A stretch of 64,000 bases of DNA, taken from Candidatus Sulfomarinibacteraceae bacterium (GTDB lineage Bacteria > Acidobacteriota > Thermoanaerobaculia > Thermoanaerobaculales > Sulfomarinibacteraceae). The notes beneath the pieces are model-generated. The model saw only the letters and a list, made by a program, of their open reading frames with translations, was not told the DNA's origin and ran no database searches. This document shows positions 43,411 through 51,288 of this stretch, piece by piece. Numbering within the stretch: the first letter of the stretch is position 1; every line of letters starts with the position of its first letter. The stretch is from NCBI GenBank assembly GCA_963796455.1, contig CAWCLO010000002.1, positions 32,001-96,000 of the forward strand, given 5' to 3'. Made by a program: the position numbers and the translations under genes.

Positions 43411-44100
43411 ATGAATCGACGACTGATTGTTTGTGCCCTTGTGCTGATGTGTGTCGTGCTGTCGAATTCTTCTGTCGGTGCGGAGGAAGCCAGGGAGCGG
43501 CTCGATCGATGGCTGGAAGGGCAGACCGCGATTGCCAGTTGGTCGGCGGACGTCACCCAGATTCGCAGCCTCAAGACCCTGTCGCGGCCCCTCTCGGCCG
43601 TCGGGAAGATCTGGTTTGCCCAGCCCAACAGTTTTCGCTGGCAGCTGGCAGATCCACCAAAAACCATTGCGGTTCGCACGGAAGAAGCTCTGGTGGTCAT
43701 CTATCCACGCCTCAAACAGGTCGAGCGTTTTCCATTGGGCGAAGATGTAGAAGGTTCGTGGAGCAGAGCCCTGGCTCTGCTCGAGATCGGTCTGCCCAAC
43801 GGTGCCGCAACCTTCTGGTCGAACTATGAGTTGACGGATGGTTCGTCCGACGGGGCGACCTGGATCTACGATCTCCAGCCGACTGACAGCGGCGCCCGGC
43901 GTCTGATCGAACGAGTGCGGCTCGAGTTGACCGGTGATGATCTGCTGCTCACCGCCACCGAAATCGGGTTCCCGGATGGTTCGACCATGAGGAATGAGTT
44001 TTCGAACCACCGACTCGATGTCGAAATCGAGCCTTCTGTTTTTGAAGTCGAGATCGACTCGAGCTACGAGGTTGTCGAACCCATGAGCGGCCGCAAGTAG
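43411..44100 (+). CDS. LolA-like lipoprotein/lipid carrier
   Basis: Signal peptide; GKIWFAQPNSFRWQL..P; IYPRLKQVE. Confidence 0.82.
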   Translation: MNRRLIVCALVLMCVVLSNSSVGAEEARERLDRWLEGQTAIASWSADVTQIRSLKTLSRPLSAVGKIWFAQPNSFRWQLADPPKTIAVRTEEALVVIYPRLKQVERFPLGEDVEGSWSRALALLEIGLPNGAATFWSNYELTDGSSDGATWIYDLQPTDSGARRLIERVRLELTGDDLLLTATEIGFPDGSTMRNEFSNHRLDVEIEPSVFEVEIDSSYEVVEPMSGRK

Positions 44101-44104
44101 GGCG

Positions 44105-44352
44105 CTTCAGCGGCAGCGACAGTGTCCAGCGACAGCCACCAACGACCGCGGCAACCTCGGGTCTGACTTGTGTGGAGAGCTGAAATCACGACTATTGGTT
44201 GAGCAAACGCCAGGTCATGGGACGGACCTGATCACTGATTCCTGATCGCTGGCGCTGATGACTGAACACTGCCGCTGGCGACTGTTCACTGCCGCTGCCC
44301 CTGATCGTTGTCCGAGACTCTGTCTTGGACAAGCATGATCCAGCATCCAGCA
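44105..44352. mobile_element. Remnant copy B1 of the four-helix-bundle cassette
   Basis: Left arm CAGCGGCAGCGACAGTGTCCAG is the reverse complement of a tract at about 12556-12577. The minus strand at about 44192-44233 encodes DQVRPMTWRLLNQ*, matching the gene 3' end. 44253-44352 matches 45140-45239 at 97/100. Confidence 0.75.
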
Positions 44353-44570
44353 ACACTGCAGTCCAAAACAAATCGAAATCTGAAGTTGCCCGATTGACAA
44401 CGGGAGGTTTGAGGTGGGTCTTTGGCGTTTTCGTTTCGCGGTTGGCCCGTACCCGTTCCCGATCCCGAGTTGCAGCGACAGCGACAGTTTCCAGCGACAG
44501 CGGCAGGCAACAGCGAACAGGAACAGCGGTCAGTGTTCAGCGGCAGCGATCAGGAGTCCAATCGGCGAAG

Positions 44571-44710
44571 TGGCCACCTCCGGGTCGTTCCAAGGAAGGG
44601 GTAGCCGGTGGGCGGCCGATGTCAAGGACAGGCAGGGTGCAGGGCATCCTTGACATCGGCCGCCACACCGGCTTGTGGATATGGGCATGAACGACCCGGA
44701 GGTGACCATG
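44571..44710 (+). promoter_or_regulatory. Long 5' leader hairpin sequestering the RBS of the four-helix-bundle gene
   Basis: Perfect inverted repeats at 44575-44590/44689-44704 (16 bp, includes GGAGG), 44603-44610/44666-44673 (8 bp) and 44611-44628/44647-44664 (18 bp). Confidence 0.85.
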
Positions 44711-45061
44711 TCCAACGCCGCCACGAACACCAACCTCGTTGCCCACTCGAAAGCCCTCGAAGCAGCAGGAATCGCGATCAATCTGGTGATGAGGGTTCCG
44801 GCTCCGCTGAAGTCGATAGCCGATCAGGTGATCCGGTCGGCAAGTTCAGTCCCTGCAAACCTGGCAGAAGGTCACGGCCGAGTCGGTAGAGACCGGTTGA
44901 ACCACTGGAGAATCGCCTACGCCTCGGCCAAAGAGGTCGACAGCCACTGGATGCTCCTCGCCCACGCCGGTGCGATCAGTCGGAATGGTGCCAGTGAAGC
45001 AACGAACGCCTTCGATCAAGTCCGTGCCATGACCTGGCGGCTGCTGAACCCGAAGAGGTGA
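44708..45061 (+). CDS. Four-helix-bundle protein (23S rRNA IVP / Avd-like family), 117 aa
   Basis: DQVIRSASSVPANLAEG.GR and IAYASAKEV signature; GGAGG RBS. Confidence 0.9.
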   Translation: MSNAATNTNLVAHSKALEAAGIAINLVMRVPAPLKSIADQVIRSASSVPANLAEGHGRVGRDRLNHWRIAYASAKEVDSHWMLLAHAGAISRNGASEATNAFDQVRAMTWRLLNPKR

Positions 45062-45257
45062 GTGCAGTCTCTGCCCCGGTTGCTGGCCGCTGTCGCCGAC
45101 ATCTGTGCACTGCCGCTGATCGCTGGTTTCTGCCGCTGACGCTGATGACTGAACACTGCCGCTGGCGACTGTTCACTGCCGCTGCCCCTGATCGCTGTCC
45201 GAGACTCTGTCTTGGACAAGTATGATCCAGCATTCAGCATCCAGGATCGGCCGACGG

Positions 45258-45893
45258 CTACTGATGCTGGTTGCTGATCTCGTCGGAGACCTCCGAGATG
45301 GCGAGAAAGGTGGCCTTGGCCATCTCGATCATGGCCTCCTCGTCGCTCGCTTCGAAGGAAGTCTGATCCATTGCCTCTTTGAATGCGGCCCACTTGTGGG
45401 GTTGTTCGGCGCCATAAGGATCAAAATAGGAAAGCCCTTCGTTGGCGAGATTCCAGCTCTTGCGCAGGGACATGGCCAGAAAACGGCCGCCGTTGGTGCT
45501 TCCCTCGAGGACGTAGAGCGCCCCGAGGAGGGCCACCGGGTTCGATTCCCCGGCCTCCTCGACGCTGGCTGAAAAGCGGCCCGCAGCGTCACCGGCCTGA
45601 AGCGTGTCCTGGTCGATGCCGTAAAAGGCCAGATCACGGTGGAGATCGGGCACACGCATCCGATCAGCCGAAGCGATGGCGCCGATCGAAGGGTGTTTTT
45701 CGCGATGCGCTTCGAGGATCGTTTCGAGGGAGCTGTGGACATGGTACAGCTGACCGAGGTAGGCGGTAAACGAGTTTCGGTCGACGTCTCCGGTTGCGAT
45801 CGCACGCTGCAGGGTCCGGGACTCGGCGTGGGAGTGAAGGTCGTTCGTCTCGGCTTTGAGCCGCTGCATGATGGTCTGAGGGGCGTCCGTCAT
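45258..45893 (-). CDS. Biliverdin-producing heme oxygenase
   Basis: RLKAET.DLH.HAE (proximal His), LGALYVLEGSTNGG, GLSYF.PYG, W..FK. Confidence 0.9.
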   Translation of the reverse strand: MTDAPQTIMQRLKAETNDLHSHAESRTLQRAIATGDVDRNSFTAYLGQLYHVHSSLETILEAHREKHPSIGAIASADRMRVPDLHRDLAFYGIDQDTLQAGDAAGRFSASVEEAGESNPVALLGALYVLEGSTNGGRFLAMSLRKSWNLANEGLSYFDPYGAEQPHKWAAFKEAMDQTSFEASDEEAMIEMAKATFLAISEVSDEISNQHQ

Positions 45894-45927
45894 TGAATGT
45901 CCTTTTCGCCGGATTCGGGCTGCGCGC

Positions 45928-46050
45928 TCACTGGGCGAGGAGCGCAGCGACACCGGCAACTGCCAGCCAGGCCAAACCCTTGGCGAGGAAAAATAGAAAG
46001 CCGATCGCGCCGACCTTCTCGATCCAGTATTTGAATGATTTTCTGGTCAT
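45928..46050 (-). CDS. Small 40-aa membrane protein MTRKSFKYWIEKVGAIGFLFFLAKGLAWLAVAGVAALLAQ (absent from the ORF track)
   Basis: Hand translation from ATG 46050 to TGA 45928. GFLFFLxKGLxWL motif; same strand as, and directly upstream of, heme oxygenase. Confidence 0.65.
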   Translation of the reverse strand: MTRKSFKYWIEKVGAIGFLFFLAKGLAWLAVAGVAALLAQ

Positions 46051-46069
46051 CGAAAACCCCAACCGGGGG

Positions 46070-46084
46070 TGAGATTCGTTCTCA
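46070..46084. promoter_or_regulatory. Putative Fur-like box
   Basis: TGAGATTCGTTCTCA, a 7-1-7-like palindrome 20 bp upstream of the small ORF and heme oxygenase. Confidence 0.45.
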
Positions 46085-46169
46085 AACAAGTCACTTTAAC
46101 CAGTTCGAGGTCGGCATGTCAAGAAACGAGGCTCGCCTTTGATTCCGGGTGTACACTGCGGGTCGAAAA

Positions 46170-48635
46170 ATGGTGATTCTCGAAGGCGGCAACCCCAGCC
46201 TGCTCGAAGCCGACGCGCTCGCATTTCTCGAGCGCCGGGGAGAGCCACTCGCTTTTGAAGAGGGCGCGGTCATCCTACGTCGCGGCGAGACCGGCGACGC
46301 ATTCTGGGTGGTGTTGTCGGGCGAAGTGGAGATCAGAGTCCGGTCCGGACACGAGGGCCACGATGTACTGACGCGGCTCGGGCCCGGTGAGACCTTTGGC
46401 GAGCTCGCCATATTGCGCTCAGCGCCTGTGGCCGCCGATGTCGTCTCCATCACCGCGGTTGAGGTTCTTCGTTACCCCGCCGCCTTCCTGCCAAACGCCC
46501 TGGCCGAATGTGAGCCTCTGCGTCGTTCCCTACTCACTCGACTGGCCCACAATCAGTTTGCTGCGACGACGGGGGCCCTCGGTCTTTTCAAACGCACTCA
46601 GGCCCTTGCCGATCTCTACGAGAGCGCACCTCCCGGGGAGGCCTTCATTGCCGGATCGGCTCGGATGCGGGCCGTCCAGGCGAGTATCGAAGGCGCCGCC
46701 GAAGGGCGTGGGCCGGTCCTTATTACGGGCGAACTCGGCACCGGCAAGTTGCTGGCGTCAAGAATGATCCATGCACCCTCCCGGCGTCGGGATGCGCCCT
46801 TGATATCCGTCGACTGCCGTGAGCTGAGCGGCCGCGATGCCGGTGAGCTTCTATTCGGCGCGGAGGTCGAACAAGACTTCGATACCGCCGGCGAACATTT
46901 TGGCGCCCTGCACCTGGCCCACCGCGGCACCCTGGTCCTTCGTGGCGTTGACGCTCTCGGTCAGAGCACCCAGCTCGAGTTGGCGCGACATCTGGAAGCC
47001 GACCGCGCGGTCGAGAGACGACCGTTCCCAGATGTCCGTTTGATTGCGACGATGATCGCCGACAGTGCCGAGGCCGCGTCGGGACGTTTGATCCCCGAAC
47101 TGGAAGCGCAGTTCGCCAGGGTCATCCACCTTCCGACCCTCGCCGAGAGGCCGCGCGACATTATCCCGCTGGCGAGATCATTTATCAGGGAGTTCGACCC
47201 GACGGGCGCCGTCCGGTTGAGCAAGGAGGCGGAAGACGCGCTGGTGTCGATCAAGTATCGACACCGCAACGTGGACGAACTGCGGTCGATCATCGAGCTG
47301 GCCGTTCGGGTTGCCGATGGGCCCGAGCTCGAAGCCGAACACATCTTTTCGGGATTTGACGAAGAACGACCGATCGGGATCGATCTCAGCAGATTCTGGT
47401 TGGTGCGTTGGCTTGTTTCCGGTGGCGGACTGCGGATCGCCCGGCTGACGGTGGCGGTGGGGTTTCTCGCGATCGCGCTGATCTGTCTCGGGCCACCATC
47501 CTCACCGGTTGTGCGCACGGCGAATGGCCTGGTGTGGAGCCTGTGGGAGCCGGTTGTTTTCGGTCTGTTTCTGCTCATCGGTTCACTGTGGTGTACGGTG
47601 TGCCCGCTGTCCTCAACCGGTCGTCTGGTCCAGAGGCGATTGAGCCTCGGCCTCCGGCCTCCGGCCTGGATGGTGGCCGCAGGCGCCTGGTTGTCGGCCA
47701 TCGGTTTTGTCCTCATTCTGGGAACCGAACAGGGTTTCCACATGGCCAGTTCACCCTTCCCGACTTCGATGCTGCTGATGGTGCTAGTGCTCTCAGCGGT
47801 GGTTTGCTGCGTCATCTGGCAGCGCGAAGTGTGGTGCCGCCACCTCTGTCCCCTTGGAAGATTGGGTGTGGCCCTGGCGCCAGTGGCGCCGCTGACGGTT
47901 GCCGCCCGTCGCAGTCTGTGCGCCTCCACCTGTACCACCCATGATTGTTACAAAGGCAATGCGGTCGAGCCCGGTTGCCCGGTCTTTCACCACCCGCAAC
48001 TGGTGGGTGAGGCCCATCGCTGCAAGACGTGCCTGACGTGCCTCCGCAGTTGTCCTCATGGTTCGACCGGCCTCTACCTGCGCCCGCGTCTGCGGTCGGC
48101 GTGGCAGTTGGTCAGCGCCGAAAGCTATGTCGTGCCATTTGCGTTGGTGGTCTTTCTCGTCGCACCGGTGATGGTTGTCGCACAGTCCGGCATCCTGGGC
48201 GGTCCGCTCTTGCTGACCATTTCGTGCGTGGCGGTGATTGGCGTGGCCGCGCTGATGTCGAGGACTCTCGGTCCGATGCTCCAGGGACGCGAGCGGACAA
48301 CCGCCTTTACGGCAAGTGTTGCGTGTGCGTTGCTGGTCCTTGGGTGGGGTCCTCTGATGGCCTATCAGATGGATCATATTCCGCTGCTCCACGAGCTCGC
48401 TGTGGTGGGCTCCGCCGGTTCGTTGTGGGTGCGGTGGTTGGGGCCGGAGCTGTCGCTGGTGACGATCGCACGGGTCGCCTTCATCGTGTTTGCTGCGGTG
48501 CTTTCTGCCACCATTTTATGGAACGCCCGCGGCCGGGCCCTGCACAGCGGTGAAACCGTGCGACCCAGCGGTTGGTGGCTGGTGGTGGTCGGCTGCACCA
48601 TTTACACCTTTGGCACCATCTTCCTGGTGATTTGA
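46170..48635 (+). CDS. cNMP-binding + degenerate sigma54-type AAA + membrane 4Fe-4S (NapH/FixG-like) fusion protein
   Basis: LGPGETFGELAIL; GELGTGK; LPTLAER.RDI; WCTVCPL, WCRHLCPLG, CKTCLTCLRSCPH; many TM helices. Confidence 0.85.
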   Translation: MVILEGGNPSLLEADALAFLERRGEPLAFEEGAVILRRGETGDAFWVVLSGEVEIRVRSGHEGHDVLTRLGPGETFGELAILRSAPVAADVVSITAVEVLRYPAAFLPNALAECEPLRRSLLTRLAHNQFAATTGALGLFKRTQALADLYESAPPGEAFIAGSARMRAVQASIEGAAEGRGPVLITGELGTGKLLASRMIHAPSRRRDAPLISVDCRELSGRDAGELLFGAEVEQDFDTAGEHFGALHLAHRGTLVLRGVDALGQSTQLELARHLEADRAVERRPFPDVRLIATMIADSAEAASGRLIPELEAQFARVIHLPTLAERPRDIIPLARSFIREFDPTGAVRLSKEAEDALVSIKYRHRNVDELRSIIELAVRVADGPELEAEHIFSGFDEERPIGIDLSRFWLVRWLVSGGGLRIARLTVAVGFLAIALICLGPPSSPVVRTANGLVWSLWEPVVFGLFLLIGSLWCTVCPLSSTGRLVQRRLSLGLRPPAWMVAAGAWLSAIGFVLILGTEQGFHMASSPFPTSMLLMVLVLSAVVCCVIWQREVWCRHLCPLGRLGVALAPVAPLTVAARRSLCASTCTTHDCYKGNAVEPGCPVFHHPQLVGEAHRCKTCLTCLRSCPHGSTGLYLRPRLRSAWQLVSAESYVVPFALVVFLVAPVMVVAQSGILGGPLLLTISCVAVIGVAALMSRTLGPMLQGRERTTAFTASVACALLVLGWGPLMAYQMDHIPLLHELAVVGSAGSLWVRWLGPELSLVTIARVAFIVFAAVLSATILWNARGRALHSGETVRPSGWWLVVVGCTIYTFGTIFLVI

Positions 48636-48730
48636 TACTGCCCGTTGTCGATGAGAACCCGGCGCAAGACGGCAACCGGGAATTCATCCCACCGTATGAC
48701 CTAGGGATTGTCTTCAATGGAGGTTCTCCC

Positions 48731-50608
48731 GTGGTTCAGAGCCGATCATTCTGTGTATTCACAATCGTCTTGGTTTGTGCGTCAGTTGCGGCGGCCGCCG
48801 ATTTCGAATTCGAGACGGTGCCCTTCGACGAAGAACATTGGCAGCTCGCCCGCGCCCGTGTCCTCGAGGTCGACGGTCGCGCCGCGATCGCGGGAACGGC
48901 CTTTGCCACCGGTATCGAGTTCGTTGACGGCGTGCTCGAGGTGGATATCAAGGTCCCATCAAGGGAGGCGAGATCCTATCCCGGGTTTATATTCCGAATG
49001 ACCTCGCCTGCCGATGCCGAGCGAGTATATCTGCGACCCCACCGCGCACCGATGTACGACGATGCGGTGCAATACGCGGCGGTTTTTAACGGCAACGCCG
49101 GCTGGCAGCTCTATGCCGGTGACGGAGCGACCGCCTCCACCTCGATGCCGACGGACGAGTGGTTCACCCTCAGGCTGGAGATCAAAGGGAGCCGTGCGCG
49201 GGTTCTGATCGATGGCAAGGAGGTACTGCTGGTCGGCGAGCTTCGGCACGGGGCCCGCTCGGGTGGAGTCGGGCTGATCGGTCCCGCCAATGGAGCCGCG
49301 GTCTTCTCGAATTTTCGTTGGGCCGCGGTGGAGGATCTCGATCTCGGGCCGTCGACACCGGTCTTCGATCCACCGGGGTCCTTCACAAATTGGCAGGTGT
49401 CGAAGCCCTTCCAATTTGCCGATGTGGATCCCGAGCACATGCCGGATCTCCAGGGTCTCGAGTGGACTTCGGTCACGAGCGAAAAATCCGGATTGGTGGA
49501 TATCTCGCGCCACGTCGCTTCAACGGTGGCCGGACCACCGACGGTTGTCGCCCGAACCACCGTGCGTACGGCGTCCGCCCGGACCCTGCCGCTCCAGCTT
49601 GGATACTCCGATCGGGTGACGGTCTTTCTCGACGGCAAACCGGTCTATCGCGGCATCAGTGACTACCGCTCCCGTGATTCGGGCTTTCTCGGCGTGGTCG
49701 GGCCCTTTGACACCATTTATCTCGAGCTCGCCGAAGGCGAACATGAACTGGCGTTGCAGCTGACCGAGACCTTTGGCGGTTGGGGCTTCCTGTGTCGCGA
49801 CGGGTCCGTGGTCGACTTTGCTGCCGGAGTCGGGGAGCAATGGCGGTCGAGCGGGTTCGCAGTGCCGGAATCGGTCTTGTATGACCCCCAACGGAAGCTC
49901 ATCTATGTCTCGAACAACGATGGGTTCCGGCTCGGCGGCGAGGGTGGTCAGCATCTGAGCCGCATCGACAACAAGGGCGTCGTGCTCGATGAAGTGTGGG
50001 TGGAGGGTCTGACCAACCCCACCGGTCTTGCCTGGCGCGGGGAAAAAATCCTGGCGGTCGAGCGGCGCTCGGTGGCCGTCATCGATCCCACTGCCGCGGC
50101 CGTTACCTCCAGGATCCCGATTCCCGAAGGCCGTCTGCTCAACGACATCGCCGTTGCGTCCGACGGCACGGCCTATGTCTCCGACTCCCAGGCCGGGCTG
50201 ATCTACCGGATCACCTCCGAAGGAGTTGTGGAAAAGTGGTTGAAGCTCGACCCGGGCCTCAACCCCAACGGCGTCTGCGTGGTAGGTACGAAGCTGATGA
50301 TCGGGCTCAACCCTGTGCACCGGCTGGTTGCCGCCGATCTGTCGGACGGAGCCCTCAGTGACGTCGCGGTGCTCCCGGCGGGCCGGGTGGATGGGATCGA
50401 GGCTTTGGCAGACGGTTCGCTCGTGGTTTCCCTGGGCGAGGGTCATCTGATACGCGTTGCTGGAGACGGTTCGGTGAAATCCGTCATCAACGCTTCAAAT
50501 CAGGACCACCCCTTTGCCGATATCGATGTGACACCGGAGGGCGATCGGGTCTTCGTTCCGACCTACTACTCGGGCACGGTGGCCGCGTATTCGTTGCCGA
50601 AATTCTGA
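48731..50608 (+). CDS. Secreted protein with a DUF1080-like lectin domain and an SMP-30/gluconolactonase-like beta-propeller
   Basis: GGAGG RBS plus GTG start; signal peptide; DEWFTLRLEIKG...FSNF; PESVLYD, LNDIAVASDGTAYVSDS. Confidence 0.75.
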   Translation: MVQSRSFCVFTIVLVCASVAAAADFEFETVPFDEEHWQLARARVLEVDGRAAIAGTAFATGIEFVDGVLEVDIKVPSREARSYPGFIFRMTSPADAERVYLRPHRAPMYDDAVQYAAVFNGNAGWQLYAGDGATASTSMPTDEWFTLRLEIKGSRARVLIDGKEVLLVGELRHGARSGGVGLIGPANGAAVFSNFRWAAVEDLDLGPSTPVFDPPGSFTNWQVSKPFQFADVDPEHMPDLQGLEWTSVTSEKSGLVDISRHVASTVAGPPTVVARTTVRTASARTLPLQLGYSDRVTVFLDGKPVYRGISDYRSRDSGFLGVVGPFDTIYLELAEGEHELALQLTETFGGWGFLCRDGSVVDFAAGVGEQWRSSGFAVPESVLYDPQRKLIYVSNNDGFRLGGEGGQHLSRIDNKGVVLDEVWVEGLTNPTGLAWRGEKILAVERRSVAVIDPTAAAVTSRIPIPEGRLLNDIAVASDGTAYVSDSQAGLIYRITSEGVVEKWLKLDPGLNPNGVCVVGTKLMIGLNPVHRLVAADLSDGALSDVAVLPAGRVDGIEALADGSLVVSLGEGHLIRVAGDGSVKSVINASNQDHPFADIDVTPEGDRVFVPTYYSGTVAAYSLPKF

Positions 50609-50690
50609 GCAGGGGAGAAGGGGAGAAAGGGGGAAAGGGAGAACCGTATCTCGCGTGGCAGAGGAGCAGAGGAGCAGAGGGGCAGAGGGG
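50608..50690 (+). repeat. Octamer tandem repeats (GGGAGAAR)n and (GCAGAGGR)n
   Basis: Read directly from the sequence; the first tract is an inverted match to 11938-11976. Confidence 0.75.
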
Positions 50691-51287
50691 CTCGATTCTC
50701 GATGCTGGATCACTCTTGCCCAAGACAGAGTCTCGGATGGCGTTCATGAACAGTCCTGAAGGTGGGCCAAGGCCCACCTTCAGAGTTGTTTCCAACATCC
50801 TGGATTACTCGTGCCCGGGTGCGAGTTTCGGACAGCGATCAGGGACAGCGACGGGGAACGGCAGACAGCGTCAGCAAACAGGAGTCAGCGGCAGCGACCA
50901 GCGGCCGGGGCAGCGACAGCGCCAGCTAACACCAATCACTCCGTCGGGTTCAAGAACCGCCAGGTCATGGCACGGACTTGATGCCTTCATCGCTTCACCG
51001 GCTACCCCTTCCTTGGAACGACCCGGAGGAGGCCACATCGTCGCCTGTACTCCTACCCGCTGCCACTGAACGCTGAACACTGATCGCTGTTCTCTGTCGC
51101 TGGCGCTGAACACTGCCGCTGCCCCTGCCCCTGCCGCTGCAAATCGGGATCGGGAATTAGTACGGGCCAACCGCAAACCGGATATGCCAAAAACCAACCC
51201 GTAAATCACGTGTTGTCGGGTGGGAACCTTCAGGTGACGACCTGTTTTAGCCAGCAGTGATCCGGCATCCAGCATCGAGCATCGAGC
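50691..51287 (-). mobile_element. Internally deleted copy C of the four-helix-bundle cassette
   Basis: Reverse-complement homology to 44380-44610 is fused directly to the gene's 3' end (CAAGTCCGTGCCATGACCTGGCGG). Terminal inverted heptamer tracts (CTCGATGCTGGATCACT / AGTGATCCGGCATCCAGCATCGAG). A perfect 13-bp hairpin is nested at 50756-50783. Confidence 0.85.
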
Positions 51288-51288
51288 G

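Larger units (their letters stand above)
44353..45245 (+). mobile_element. Intact four-helix-bundle cassette (copy B2) with complementary (CAGCGN)n/(NCGCTG)n arms
   Basis: Left arm about 44473-44552, right arm about 45083-45197, structured leader, ORF, conserved terminal segment and ATCCAGC heptamers. Three related copies elsewhere in the window. Confidence 0.75.

Noticed and set aside
44253..45239. Diversity-generating retroelement (Avd-like gene plus a repeat pair)
   Set aside because: There is no reverse transcriptase in the window, neither repeat lies in a target ORF, and the 3 mismatches are bidirectional C/T transitions, not one-way A-to-N changes.
44400..45245. 23S rRNA intervening sequence
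   Set aside because: The flanks are protein-coding genes and there is no rRNA sequence nearby.
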